Notes under the pieces: generated by a model
Seen by the model: the letters and a program-made list of their open reading frames with translations, nothing else
What the model was told of the DNA's origin: nothing
Database searches by the model: none
From: Thermodesulfobacteriota bacterium
GTDB lineage: Bacteria; Desulfobacterota_D; UBA1144; Nemesobacterales; UBA2774
Assembly (NCBI GenBank): GCA_965216785.1
Contig: OZ244197.1
Span: 768,001-832,000, forward strand
Direction: 5' to 3'
DNA length: 64,000 nucleotides
Made by a program: the position numbers and the translations under genes
Shown: one piece after another, positions 30,777 through 40,424 of the stretch
How positions within the stretch are numbered: the stretch's first letter is position 1
Layout of the letters: each line of letters begins with the position of its first letter

Positions 30777-31658
30777 CTGAGAAGCTTTTTACTGGCAATC
30801 TTAATACTCGTTTTTCTGTTTTTCACATTTCTAGCCGGCCTTGGGTGCGGTCTTTTAATTTCCGGAGAGGGCGGCTTCTCAAGCGGCGATAAAGTAGCCG
30901 TGCTGAGAGTAGAAGACGTCATACTCGACTCACAAATATATCTTGAAAGCTTGAAAAAGATTAAAGACGACGACGGCATAAAAGCGGTCGTAGTAAGAAT
31001 CGATTCACCAGGCGGGGCTGTCGGCCCTTCACAGGAAATATACAGCGCTCTCCTTGAGATGAGGGAGCACAAGCCTGTAATTGCCAGCATTGGCGGAGTC
31101 GGGGCTTCTGGGGGCTATTACATAGCATGCGCCGGAGAGAAAATATTTGCTAACCCGGGCACCATTACGGGCAGTATAGGTGTAATTGCCCAATTCGCAA
31201 GCTACGAGAAGCTTCTTGCATGGGCGAAGGTGGATGTAGAAGTAATAAAAAGTGGGAAATTCAAGGACGTCGGCTCTCCGTTTAGAGAAATGAACGAGAC
31301 CGACCGCGAATATATTCAAGAACTGATAGATAACGTTCACGTTCAGTTTAAAACCGCCGTCTCTAAAGCTAGAGACCTAGATATGAAACAAGTAGACGTA
31401 ATAGCAGACGGAAAAATATATACTGGAGAGCAAGCAAAAGAGCTTAAGCTCATTGACGAGCTTGGGACTATAAACGACGCCGTGACCTTAGCCGGCACTA
31501 TGGGCGGGATAGAAGGCGAGCCCTCGGTCGTAAACTTTCCCAAGAAACGCTCCGCATTCTTAGATATGATCCTTTCAAGAGCGAATATACACGGGCTGTC
31601 CGGGTTTCCCACAAAATCCAGTTTTGGACTTTTCTATCTTGTTGATATAATAAACTGA
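30777..31658 (+). CDS. sppA: Signal peptide peptidase SppA (36K type); probable CTG start
   Basis: RIDSPGG, ASGGYY, TGSIGV and KSGKFKD motifs; in-frame TM helix upstream of the ORF-track start at 30900. Confidence 0.9.
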   Translation: MRSFLLAILILVFLFFTFLAGLGCGLLISGEGGFSSGDKVAVLRVEDVILDSQIYLESLKKIKDDDGIKAVVVRIDSPGGAVGPSQEIYSALLEMREHKPVIASIGGVGASGGYYIACAGEKIFANPGTITGSIGVIAQFASYEKLLAWAKVDVEVIKSGKFKDVGSPFREMNETDREYIQELIDNVHVQFKTAVSKARDLDMKQVDVIADGKIYTGEQAKELKLIDELGTINDAVTLAGTMGGIEGEPSVVNFPKKRSAFLDMILSRANIHGLSGFPTKSSFGLFYLVDIIN

Positions 31659-31660
31659 AT

Positions 31661-32146
31661 ATGAAATCGCTTTGGGCCCCATGGAGAATAGAGTATATTA
31701 AAGGGGAGAAAGAAAACGGATGTATCTTTTGCGAGAAACCCGAGCAAGAGGCAGACAAAAATAATCTAATTCTCTACAAAGGTAAAACAGGTTTTATAAT
31801 CATGAATCGCTACCCGTACTCAAACGGACACCTTATGGCAGTACCGTACAAACATACGAGTAAGCTCTCGGATCTTAACTCTGCCGAGAGACTGGAGCTG
31901 ATGGATCTCACGTCTAAGTGTATAGATATCCTGGGTGTGTTTAACGCCGAAGGTTTCAATGTCGGGATGAACTTGGGTATAGCCGGGGGAGCGGGAATCG
32001 AAGACCATCTTCATTATCACATAGTCCCCAGATGGAGCGGAGACACCAATTTTATGCCCGTAATCGCGGATGTAAAGATTATGCCTGAATTCCTGGAAGA
32101 TACTTACGAAGCACTAAGTAATGAAATTAAAACTTTGGAGGAATGA
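31661..32146 (+). CDS. HIT family hydrolase (Ap4A phosphorylase-like)
   Basis: LWAPWR, CIFC, NRYPY..GH and HLHYHIVPRW motifs. Confidence 0.9.
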   Translation: MKSLWAPWRIEYIKGEKENGCIFCEKPEQEADKNNLILYKGKTGFIIMNRYPYSNGHLMAVPYKHTSKLSDLNSAERLELMDLTSKCIDILGVFNAEGFNVGMNLGIAGGAGIEDHLHYHIVPRWSGDTNFMPVIADVKIMPEFLEDTYEALSNEIKTLEE

Positions 32147-32149
32147 CCC

Positions 32150-32518
32150 ATGCGTTATTTAAGAATAATATTCATCGTCATCATAATCATCTTTTTCGCA
32201 ATTATTTATACCCAGAACTTAGACGTATTTACACATACGTTCGAGCTTAAGATGGATCTCAACAAGTATTTTGTGGGGCCATATATAACTAAGAATATTG
32301 TTCTAATACTGGGTGCCTTCGTAGTTGGAGCTTTCGTAGCGCTTGTGTTCGGAGCTCTTGGGTCTTTGAGCGCAAGCTCCGATGCAAAACGCAAGATAAG
32401 AGACTTGCAGGGCCAGGTTAAAGAGCTACAGTCACACATTAATGAGCTTACATCCGAAGCCCCGGCTGTTGTAGAAGAAGAGCAGAAAAGCGACTCACCG
32501 TTTTCTCCTCCTTCTTAA
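32150..32518 (+). CDS. LapA-domain membrane protein
   Basis: Two TM helices separated by QN, then a coiled coil; typical position after rpsA/HIT. Confidence 0.6.
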   Translation: MRYLRIIFIVIIIIFFAIIYTQNLDVFTHTFELKMDLNKYFVGPYITKNIVLILGAFVVGAFVALVFGALGSLSASSDAKRKIRDLQGQVKELQSHINELTSEAPAVVEEEQKSDSPFSPPS

Positions 32519-32591
32519 ATCGTGCGCAAACATTGTGGGTTAAGAGTCATAAAAACTATCCTTAAAAAGCGATCTTGATTATACTATCATT

Positions 32592-33521
32592 ATGCGAAAC
32601 CGGGCAAAACCGAGCTGGATAAAAGCAAAGCTTCCGGCGGGTAAAAATTACACCCATCTAAGGGGTCTTATAAGATCCCTCCACTTAAACACTGTGTGTG
32701 AAGAGGCCAGATGCCCAAACATCGGGGAGTGCTGGGGAGCGGGCACGCTCACGTTTATGATTCTTGGAGATACGTGCACCAGGAGCTGCGGTTTTTGTCA
32801 TGTTAAGACCGGAAAGGGCGGAGAGATAGACTGGGATGAGCCCGATAGAGTCGCAGAGGCTGTAAATAAACTCACCGAAAATAACGCCCACATAAAACAT
32901 ATAGTCATCACCTCGGTTAACAGGGACGATAAGAACCACGAGAGTGCTTCTATATTCGGCGAGACTATTAGAAAGGTCAGGGAGTCAAATCCTTCTATTA
33001 AGATCGAGGTCCTGATACCGGACTTCAAGGGGGCAGTAGACGCACTTGAGGAAGTTCTCGATGCAGGCCCCGACGTGCTGAACCACAACATAGAAACAGT
33101 TCCAAGGCTTTACAGACTTCAGCAAATCACTCAAAGCGGTAAGAAGCGTTCCGTGCGCCCTCAGGCAAACTATGACTGGTCTCTTAAGGTCCTCTCAGAG
33201 AGTAAGCGGTACGGAAACCCGGATATGCTCACTAAGTCAGGAATCATGGTCGGCCTCGGAGAAGAGACTGACGAGGTACTGGAGACACTAAAGGATTTAA
33301 AGGATGTAGGGTGCGATATTGTAACCATCGGCCAGTATCTACAGCCTACAGTCGATCACCTGCCCGTCTCTAAATTCTACCACCCGCTTGAGTTCGAGTC
33401 GCTAAAGAGCTACGGCGAGAAGTTTATAGGCATTCCTCACATAGAGGCCGGCCCGCTCGTCAGAAGCTCCTACCACGCTGAAAAACAGGTTGTAAAGCTT
33501 GGGGAAGGCTCTTTATCCTGA
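32592..33521 (+). CDS. lipA: Lipoyl synthase
   Basis: CEEARCPNIGEC, CTRSCGFC and RSSYHA motifs. Confidence 0.97.
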   Translation: MRNRAKPSWIKAKLPAGKNYTHLRGLIRSLHLNTVCEEARCPNIGECWGAGTLTFMILGDTCTRSCGFCHVKTGKGGEIDWDEPDRVAEAVNKLTENNAHIKHIVITSVNRDDKNHESASIFGETIRKVRESNPSIKIEVLIPDFKGAVDALEEVLDAGPDVLNHNIETVPRLYRLQQITQSGKKRSVRPQANYDWSLKVLSESKRYGNPDMLTKSGIMVGLGEETDEVLETLKDLKDVGCDIVTIGQYLQPTVDHLPVSKFYHPLEFESLKSYGEKFIGIPHIEAGPLVRSSYHAEKQVVKLGEGSLS

Positions 33522-33601
33522 TATAGAATCGACTCCGAATTTCTTCTAACTAACTTTTAGTATATTGATAAATCTCGTAGAGCATTTATGATCTTATCAT
33601 C

Positions 33602-34813
33602 ATGAAATACGTAATACTCCAGGGCGACGGCATGCCGGACCACAAGCTCCCCGAGCTTGACGGTAAAACGCCTCTTGAAGTAGCCCGCACTCCCAATCTC
33701 GATATGATGGCAAAACACGCCCAGATGTTCGGTATGGTAAAGACCATTCCAGACCCTCTGCCGCCTGGGAGCGACGTCGGCAACCTTACAGTGCTCGGGT
33801 ACGACCCAATGGTCTACTACACTGGCCGCTCTCCGCTCGAGGCTGCAAGCATAGGGGTAAATTTGAGTGAGGGAGACGTAACGCTAAGGTGTAATTTAGT
33901 AACACTTGAAGACGTGAACGGCAGCACCATAATGGAAGACTACAGTGCCGGGCACATAAGCTCTGAGGAAGCAAGTGAGATTATCTCAGGCCTCCAAAAG
34001 GAGCTTGACCTTAATAGTTTCGCACTCCATCCGGGTGTGAGCTACAGGCACCTGCTCGTGTGGCCCCGCGGCAACATGGGTATAAACACCACCCCGCCGC
34101 ACGACATTTCGGGAAAAGCAATAGAGTCATATTACCCCTCGGGTGAGGGCGCTGAAAAGTTAAAAGAGCTCATTGAAAATTCAAGAGAAATATTAAACGA
34201 GCACCCCGTAAACAAGAAAAGGATTGAAGAGGGTAAAAACCCCGCCAACAGTATATGGCTCTGGGGACAGGGTACAGCGCCGAAGATGCCTACATTTAAA
34301 GAGCTTTATGGTCTTACGGGCTCTGTTATTTCCGCAGTGGATCTGGTTAAAGGGATAGGGATATATGCCGGACTTGAAGTGATTGATGTTCCGGGAGCCA
34401 CAGGCTATCTGGACACTAACTACGAAGGGAAAGTAGATTACGCGCTTAACTCCTTAGAGCGTCTTGACCTTACCATGATCCACATAGAGTCTACGGATGA
34501 AACAGGTCATGTAGGAAAGGCAGAGCTTAAGATTCAGGCCATAGAGGACTTTGACGGCAGGGTTGTAGGACGGGTGCTTGAGGGGATAAAACGGTTTGAT
34601 GAATACAGGATACTCGTTATGTCGGACCATCCGACTCCTATTGACCTAAGGACTCACGTAAACGAACCCGTACCGTTCGCTATCTTAGATTCCAGGGATA
34701 TGAGTCTGAAAAACGATTCATTCGTATATACTGAGGACTCTGCGAGCAAGTCAGATACATTCATACATGACGGGTGGAAGCTGACGGGAATGCTTACTGG
34801 AAAAGAAGTTTAA
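33602..34813 (+). CDS. apgM: Cofactor-independent phosphoglycerate mutase (ApgM type)
   Basis: GDGMPD, PGSDV, YTGRSPLEA, DETGH and SDHPTP motifs. Confidence 0.9.
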   Translation: MKYVILQGDGMPDHKLPELDGKTPLEVARTPNLDMMAKHAQMFGMVKTIPDPLPPGSDVGNLTVLGYDPMVYYTGRSPLEAASIGVNLSEGDVTLRCNLVTLEDVNGSTIMEDYSAGHISSEEASEIISGLQKELDLNSFALHPGVSYRHLLVWPRGNMGINTTPPHDISGKAIESYYPSGEGAEKLKELIENSREILNEHPVNKKRIEEGKNPANSIWLWGQGTAPKMPTFKELYGLTGSVISAVDLVKGIGIYAGLEVIDVPGATGYLDTNYEGKVDYALNSLERLDLTMIHIESTDETGHVGKAELKIQAIEDFDGRVVGRVLEGIKRFDEYRILVMSDHPTPIDLRTHVNEPVPFAILDSRDMSLKNDSFVYTEDSASKSDTFIHDGWKLTGMLTGKEV

Positions 34814-34819
34814 ACCCTA

Positions 34820-35599
34820 TTACCGATCCTCTTGATTCTTAACCTCATCCCAAAGCTTATCTAGCTCGTCAAGATTAAGATCAGCCAATTCTTTACCCCT
34901 TGACTCGGCCAGGTCTTCGATCTTTCCGAAACGCTCTATGAATCCGTCAATCGCCTTATGCGCCGCGCCCTCAGAGTCGAGCTTCATGTGTCTCCCGAGA
35001 TTGACTAGCGAAAATACCAGGTCGCCCCATTCTTTTTCCACGCCTGCCATATTTGTGGATTTCATCTCTTCCTCAAGCTCGGCAATCTCCTCTTTTACCT
35101 TTGACAACACCTCATTCGCACTCGTCCAGTCAAAACCCACCTGGGCCGCTTTTTCCCCCACACGCTGGGCTCTTAAGAGCGAAGGCATTGTTCTGGGGAT
35201 ATGAAGAAGCCTCCTCTTGCGCGATTTCTCCTTTAGCTTCTGTCTGTGCCAGGTCTTTACAGCCTCCTCGGCATTTGCGGCTTTCTCCTCACCGAACACG
35301 TGTGGGTGACGCCTTACGAGCTTTATATGAAGCCTGTCGATCACTTCCTCAATATCGAATTCTCCGCTTTCATCGGCAATTTGGGAGGCGAATAGTATCT
35401 CATAAAGAAGATCCCCCAGCTCCTCGATAATCTCATCCCTGTCTCCCGATTCTATTGCCTGTACTACCTCATAAGCCTCTTCTATTATATAGGGTCTAAG
35501 GGTCTCTAGCGTCTGCTCCCTGTCCCACGGACAGCCCCGAGGGCTTCTTAAATGCTTTGAAAGCGCAACAAGGTCTTGAAAAGTTTTTTTCATCTTCAC
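34820..35599 (-). CDS. mazG: Nucleoside triphosphate pyrophosphohydrolase
   Basis: GCPWDREQT, EEAYE, EELGDLL and RRHPHVF motifs. Confidence 0.95.
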   Translation of the reverse strand: MKMKKTFQDLVALSKHLRSPRGCPWDREQTLETLRPYIIEEAYEVVQAIESGDRDEIIEELGDLLYEILFASQIADESGEFDIEEVIDRLHIKLVRRHPHVFGEEKAANAEEAVKTWHRQKLKEKSRKRRLLHIPRTMPSLLRAQRVGEKAAQVGFDWTSANEVLSKVKEEIAELEEEMKSTNMAGVEKEWGDLVFSLVNLGRHMKLDSEGAAHKAIDGFIERFGKIEDLAESRGKELADLNLDELDKLWDEVKNQEDR

Positions 35600-35683
35600 T
35601 CACTTCTGGATAATATGACTTATATTGATTTAATTAAAACCATTGCCGGAACCCAAGATGCTTTATGGTAAATACAGCTTATT

Positions 35684-36817
35684 TTAAACTTTGACCCTGA
35701 ATCTCTTGGGATACTTAGTTAGATTGGTACACCCGTCCTTCTCTACAACTACCACGTCCTCAATTCTGACACCTCCAAGCTTCTTATAATAAAGCCCGGG
35801 CTCTATAGTTACCACGTTCCCGGCTTTCAGGACTTCATTTCCGAAACCGATCCTGGGAGGCTCGTGAATCTGAAGACCGAGCCCGTGGCCGGTAGAGTGA
35901 ATAAACCCCTCGGCCCTGCCTCCGTTCACACCTGTCATAAAACCCGCCTTAGTAAAACAATCTACTACAGCGCTGTGTATATCACGTCCCCTAACTCCGT
36001 CTTTCACTAGGCTTAAGGCAATCTTCTGCCCCGTAAGCACCGTATTGTACATATGTATCAGTTCTGCTGAGGGCTCCCCTCTGATCACAGTTCTTGTCAT
36101 ATCACCAAAATATCCGCTTTGCTGAGATCTGGGGAATATATCTATTATTACTGGCTTATCGGAAAATAACGGGCCGTCTCCGGTATGGTGTGGAAGTGAA
36201 GACTGCACACCGCTCGCCACTATTGTATGGGCCGCTGTATACCCAAGCCTTGAGAGCTCGGCATTTATCTCACCTTTTACCCTTTCTGAAGTAAGCACCT
36301 GGCCTTCTAAATAGAGCTTATTTTTACGAATCTCAGAAGAGGCGATCATCCTTATCGCAAGATCCATTGCCCGGGCCGTTTTCCTGACGGCGTCTCTTAG
36401 CGCGGTAATTTCCTGTGGCTTTTTAATGAGCCTTTCCTCAAAAAAGGGCTCATTTTTACTTGAAGCAATGTTATATCCCCTTTTCCTGAGCTCGTCTGCG
36501 TATTTGACTTGGAACCTGCCGGGCACTGTCACTCTCTTAATTTTTCGCTCTTTAAGTAAAAGATCAGCTATATCCACAAGACCTATACTCTTTCTTTTTT
36601 TTGAGATTAATTTTTTCTGATATTCCGATAACGATAGAACCGTATCGACCGTAGCTTCATCCTTACCCCGATCAATCTCCAGATCGCTCAGCACAAGTAT
36701 TTTTTCTCCTCTGTGCTCAAGATAAATAACTGGGTCGGGAACAAAAAACCCAGTCCTGTAGTAGAGGTCTGAATCATTCTCACTAGTATCTATTATAAGA
36801 AAAGTGCCCTTATTCAT
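35684..36817 (-). CDS. Xaa-Pro peptidase (M24 family)
   Basis: IDIFP, GDMTRT, HSTGHGLGLQIHE, TIEPGLY and GVRIED motifs. Confidence 0.92.
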   Translation of the reverse strand: MNKGTFLIIDTSENDSDLYYRTGFFVPDPVIYLEHRGEKILVLSDLEIDRGKDEATVDTVLSLSEYQKKLISKKRKSIGLVDIADLLLKERKIKRVTVPGRFQVKYADELRKRGYNIASSKNEPFFEERLIKKPQEITALRDAVRKTARAMDLAIRMIASSEIRKNKLYLEGQVLTSERVKGEINAELSRLGYTAAHTIVASGVQSSLPHHTGDGPLFSDKPVIIDIFPRSQQSGYFGDMTRTVIRGEPSAELIHMYNTVLTGQKIALSLVKDGVRGRDIHSAVVDCFTKAGFMTGVNGGRAEGFIHSTGHGLGLQIHEPPRIGFGNEVLKAGNVVTIEPGLYYKKLGGVRIEDVVVVEKDGCTNLTKYPKRFRVKV

Positions 36818-37011
36818 TGAAAAAACACTATACCCTACGAAGAAATACAATATCAAGTAGGAAGTATACATACAGGGAATGGGAGATTGTAATAATAAGG
36901 GCTTAGTATTGAATTTCCAGTCACTATAGCGCTACATTTTCATATTCAAACCCGAGCATGTTATAATAGGACGTCTTAGTCTGATATCAATCTAAAAACT
37001 ACGGTGAAAAT

Positions 37012-37470
37012 ATGAATATAGTTAATATTGCCAGGAAATTCTCGTTTATTCCGATTTTAATTCTTCTATGTACAGGAACATTCAATCCGGAAAAAGCGCA
37101 GGGCGCGGATGATGTAAAAAATGTATCTGTAGATCAAATTTGCGGGTCTTACATGGACGAGCCTATGTCAGCGGACAGCCTATACCAAGGCAATACACTC
37201 AAGACCACTATTGAAGTGTCACATGTGAGAAAAGTGCACTCACTTTGCCACGACGCCCCTCAAGGAACGTTTACAATGGACGCGGTTACGAAAAACGGAA
37301 CGATAGTGCAGTGTTTTTGTAACGCGCCGATATACAACAGCGTCCTCCACAATACTCCAAAGGGAAGTCACCTGATGATCCAGGGAGCGTACAAATCACT
37401 TACAGCATCATTTTTTGAAAGCGAAAGCAAACAGTGCACACTTACTCTAATGAACTGTAGTTTTAAGTAA
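37012..37470 (+). CDS. Exported Cys-containing hypothetical protein (possible OB-fold, tRNA_anti-like)
   Basis: Signal peptide; Y......AD..Y.G and L..C motifs. Confidence 0.55.
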   Translation: MNIVNIARKFSFIPILILLCTGTFNPEKAQGADDVKNVSVDQICGSYMDEPMSADSLYQGNTLKTTIEVSHVRKVHSLCHDAPQGTFTMDAVTKNGTIVQCFCNAPIYNSVLHNTPKGSHLMIQGAYKSLTASFFESESKQCTLTLMNCSFK

Positions 37471-37471
37471 A

Positions 37472-37957
37472 ATGCAGATAACGCTAAAATTCATCTTAAC
37501 TCTATCCATCTCTTTTTGGGTTGGAAGTATTTTTTTCTTCTCCTTCTTCGCTGCACCCAGCATATTTAAAATACTTCCGAGAGAGACTGCTGGGAACGTA
37601 GTGTCGGACATATTCCCAAAGTACTATATGGTGGCTTACCTATGCGGCATAGTTGCAGTTATATCGTCCTTACTGCTCATATTCATTGGGAATCATAAAA
37701 TTTCAGGACTGCATGGTATTAAAACTCTTGGGATTCTTATTATGCTAGGCCTCGCCCTCTACGCGGGCCAAGTGATAAGACCAGAGGCTCACAGCGTAAG
37801 AACTGAAATGAGAAGCGCGGGCGAAAGCTCTCCCAACTACCCCGAATTGCGAAAGAATTTTAGCACTCTTCACATGAAATCAGCAATAATCAACCTGGTT
37901 ATCTTTATAATGGGAATTGCCATAGTGTTCATTAACACATATACTTATAGGAACTGA
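37472..37957 (+). CDS. DUF4149/TMEM205-like membrane protein
   Basis: W.G..FFSFFAAP.IF..L, IFPKYY and F..LH..S motifs. Confidence 0.8.
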   Translation: MQITLKFILTLSISFWVGSIFFFSFFAAPSIFKILPRETAGNVVSDIFPKYYMVAYLCGIVAVISSLLLIFIGNHKISGLHGIKTLGILIMLGLALYAGQVIRPEAHSVRTEMRSAGESSPNYPELRKNFSTLHMKSAIINLVIFIMGIAIVFINTYTYRN

Positions 37958-37988
37958 TAATTAATTAAAGTACGGAGGTAGTTATCAT

Positions 37989-38312
37989 ATGTTCAACGTA
38001 ACTACAAAAGCGGCAGAAGAGATTAAAAAACTATTGTCTGAAGAAGATTTACCCGGCGCTTTTCTTCGCGTGAGGGTCATTCCTGGCGGATGTTCGGGAT
38101 TTGAGTACGAGATGGGTTTTGACGATGAAACGGAAGATACGGATCAGCTAATTGAGCACGAAGGAATAAAAGTCGCCATAGATGAGCTTAGTTTCCCATA
38201 TCTGGACGGTGCGGTTCTCGATTTTCAGGACGGGCTTAACGGACAGGGATTTGCAATTAACAACCCAAACGCTTCTGGGTCCTGCGGCTGCGGAAAATCA
38301 TTCACAGCGTAA
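37989..38312 (+). CDS. A-type Fe-S carrier (HesB/IscA/ErpA family)
   Basis: GGCSGFEY and NPNASGSCGCGKSF motifs. Confidence 0.95.
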   Translation: MFNVTTKAAEEIKKLLSEEDLPGAFLRVRVIPGGCSGFEYEMGFDDETEDTDQLIEHEGIKVAIDELSFPYLDGAVLDFQDGLNGQGFAINNPNASGSCGCGKSFTA

Positions 38313-38335
38313 CTAAAAAATAAAACACTCTACCG

Positions 38336-38376
38336 CGGCCGGTTAAAGTAAAATCTTTATCCGGCCGTTTTATTTT
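38336..38376 (+). terminator. Rho-independent terminator
   Basis: CGGCCGG.TAAAG...CTTTA.CCGGCCG followed by TTTTATTTT. Confidence 0.75.
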
Positions 38377-38514
38377 ATAAACTTACCAAATACTAACCTT
38401 TCAGGTTATAATTATCCGAAATCAGACAAGTCAAAAGAGATAGACTCAAAACTGATTCATACGATCTGAGCGACAAACTAGCTATAGAATCGACTTTATT
38501 ATCAGGAGAGATAA

Positions 38515-40329
38515 ATGAGCCGGCCTTCAAAGCTGACATTAATACACGACCAAGCAAGGTCTTACGAAAAGATAAAATCAAAAAACATTATAGATACACT
38601 ATATACCGATTTCATACCCTATAACGAGTTGCCGGATTTCCCGCTTCATATACACGCGCCGTCCGGAAAAACGATCGAGCTTGCAGATGACCCGGCGGTT
38701 ATTGTAGGTACTGCGACGTTAAAAAAGACAAATAAGACAGTGGCTATTATTGCCCAGCAGATGCCTGCAAACGATGAAGACCGGATAAAGCTGAACTTCG
38801 GTCTTGTAAAGGCAGACGGATACGGACTCGCATACAACATGATGGGTTATGCGGAGGAGCACGGACTGATGCTCCACAGCTACGTTGACACCATTGGCGG
38901 TGATCCGTTTGAGTATTCGGCGGAAAAGCTTCAGTCTTGGCAGATATCGAATTGCCAGGCAAAGATGATCTCCCTTAAAACCAAGTCCATATCCATAGTG
39001 CTTGGCAGCGGTGGCAGCGGTGGCGCGATAGCGTTTCAGCTTGCACATAAAAGATTTATGCTCTCGCGCGCAGAGTACTCGGTAATTACCGCTGAAGGGT
39101 GCTCCGCAATCCTGTTCAGGAGCGCCGATAAGGTTGAGGAAGCTCTCGAGGTACTTCAGCCCACTGCAGAGTTCATGAAAAAATACGGAATTGTGGACAA
39201 TATTATTAAAGAGCCTGCTATAAGTGGCTCTGATTACGAAAGGAAAATTCTGAGTAACATTGAAAAAGCGCTCCTTTCTGCTACAGAGGAGCTTGAGCGC
39301 TCTGATATGAAGTATCTTAGATCAAATCTAATTGAAAGAATACAGGAATGCGGGCAGATTGAAAAAGGCGAGCACCGCTACCATGCCATCGCGAAAAAAA
39401 TACGGAGCTGGCTCCCGAACTACGCTTTTGGAAAAGATCCTACAGCTGCAATATCCCAAATGCAGATAGCCCTATACGGAGCAGAACCCCATTTCTGTAA
39501 CGACGAAAAAGACGCCGAAGGCCAGGTTGTAAGACCCGGATGCAGAAAGCACTATGCCAGAGAGGAATTCCAGAAGAACTTTTATTCATGCCCGTATTGC
39601 GAAAAACCGAATCCGATAGGCTCTGATGACTATCTGGACCTGCTCCTGGACACAGATTCTTTCCACGAGCTTCATTCCAACTTGAGCACTGACAACATCG
39701 ATTCCAGGTTTAATTTCTATGATTACAGCGAGAGCCGAAAGAAAATGTCAGGACGGGTCGATTCAAAGGACTCTCTGGTTGTAGGATATGGAACGATGTT
39801 CGATCTGCCTGTGGCAGTTGCGGTAAGCGAGTTCAGATTCATGGGCGGTTCTATGGGCGCCGTATTCGGGGAAAAACTTAAACTGCTGGTCAATTATGCT
39901 ATAAGCAAAAACCTGCCTCTCATCGTCGTAACAGCATCAGGTGGCGCCCGGATGCAGGAAGGCACGGTAGCGCTATATCAGATGGCTAAAACAATATCCG
40001 CGATTCTCAGATTAAAAGAAGCGGGACTGCCGTACATATCGCTCTTAGGGCACCCAACTACCGGAGGGGCACTTGCGAGTTATGCTGTACAGGGTGATTT
40101 TATCATCGCTGAAAGGAAAGCTAATATCGCATTTGCCGGTGACCGCGTCGTTAAATTAACAAGCGGAGGAAGGGGTGTTGACCCAGAGACTATGACTTCT
40201 GAGTTCTATACAAAGAACGGCGGCATACACCTCGTGACCGAGAGAAGTCAGTTAAAATCCTCCATCGCGGGTGTGCTCAGACTCACGGCCTGGTATAAAT
40301 CTCTTGAAAGCTCTGATAGCGCCGAGTAG
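38515..40329 (+). CDS. Fused acyl-CoA carboxylase carboxyltransferase, alpha (AccA) then beta (AccD)
   Basis: N-half NFG, GSGGSGGA and YSVITAEGC (AccA); C-half Zn finger, FMGGSMG, SGGARMQEG and PTTGG (AccD). Confidence 0.88.
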   Translation: MSRPSKLTLIHDQARSYEKIKSKNIIDTLYTDFIPYNELPDFPLHIHAPSGKTIELADDPAVIVGTATLKKTNKTVAIIAQQMPANDEDRIKLNFGLVKADGYGLAYNMMGYAEEHGLMLHSYVDTIGGDPFEYSAEKLQSWQISNCQAKMISLKTKSISIVLGSGGSGGAIAFQLAHKRFMLSRAEYSVITAEGCSAILFRSADKVEEALEVLQPTAEFMKKYGIVDNIIKEPAISGSDYERKILSNIEKALLSATEELERSDMKYLRSNLIERIQECGQIEKGEHRYHAIAKKIRSWLPNYAFGKDPTAAISQMQIALYGAEPHFCNDEKDAEGQVVRPGCRKHYAREEFQKNFYSCPYCEKPNPIGSDDYLDLLLDTDSFHELHSNLSTDNIDSRFNFYDYSESRKKMSGRVDSKDSLVVGYGTMFDLPVAVAVSEFRFMGGSMGAVFGEKLKLLVNYAISKNLPLIVVTASGGARMQEGTVALYQMAKTISAILRLKEAGLPYISLLGHPTTGGALASYAVQGDFIIAERKANIAFAGDRVVKLTSGGRGVDPETMTSEFYTKNGGIHLVTERSQLKSSIAGVLRLTAWYKSLESSDSAE

Positions 40330-40424
40330 CATCTACACTAATTATATATTGTACGGTCCCGCGTGTGCAATAATGAGCCTCTGCTACCATGAGATAGGCA
40401 TAGGACCGTAAATGAGCAGGGTTT

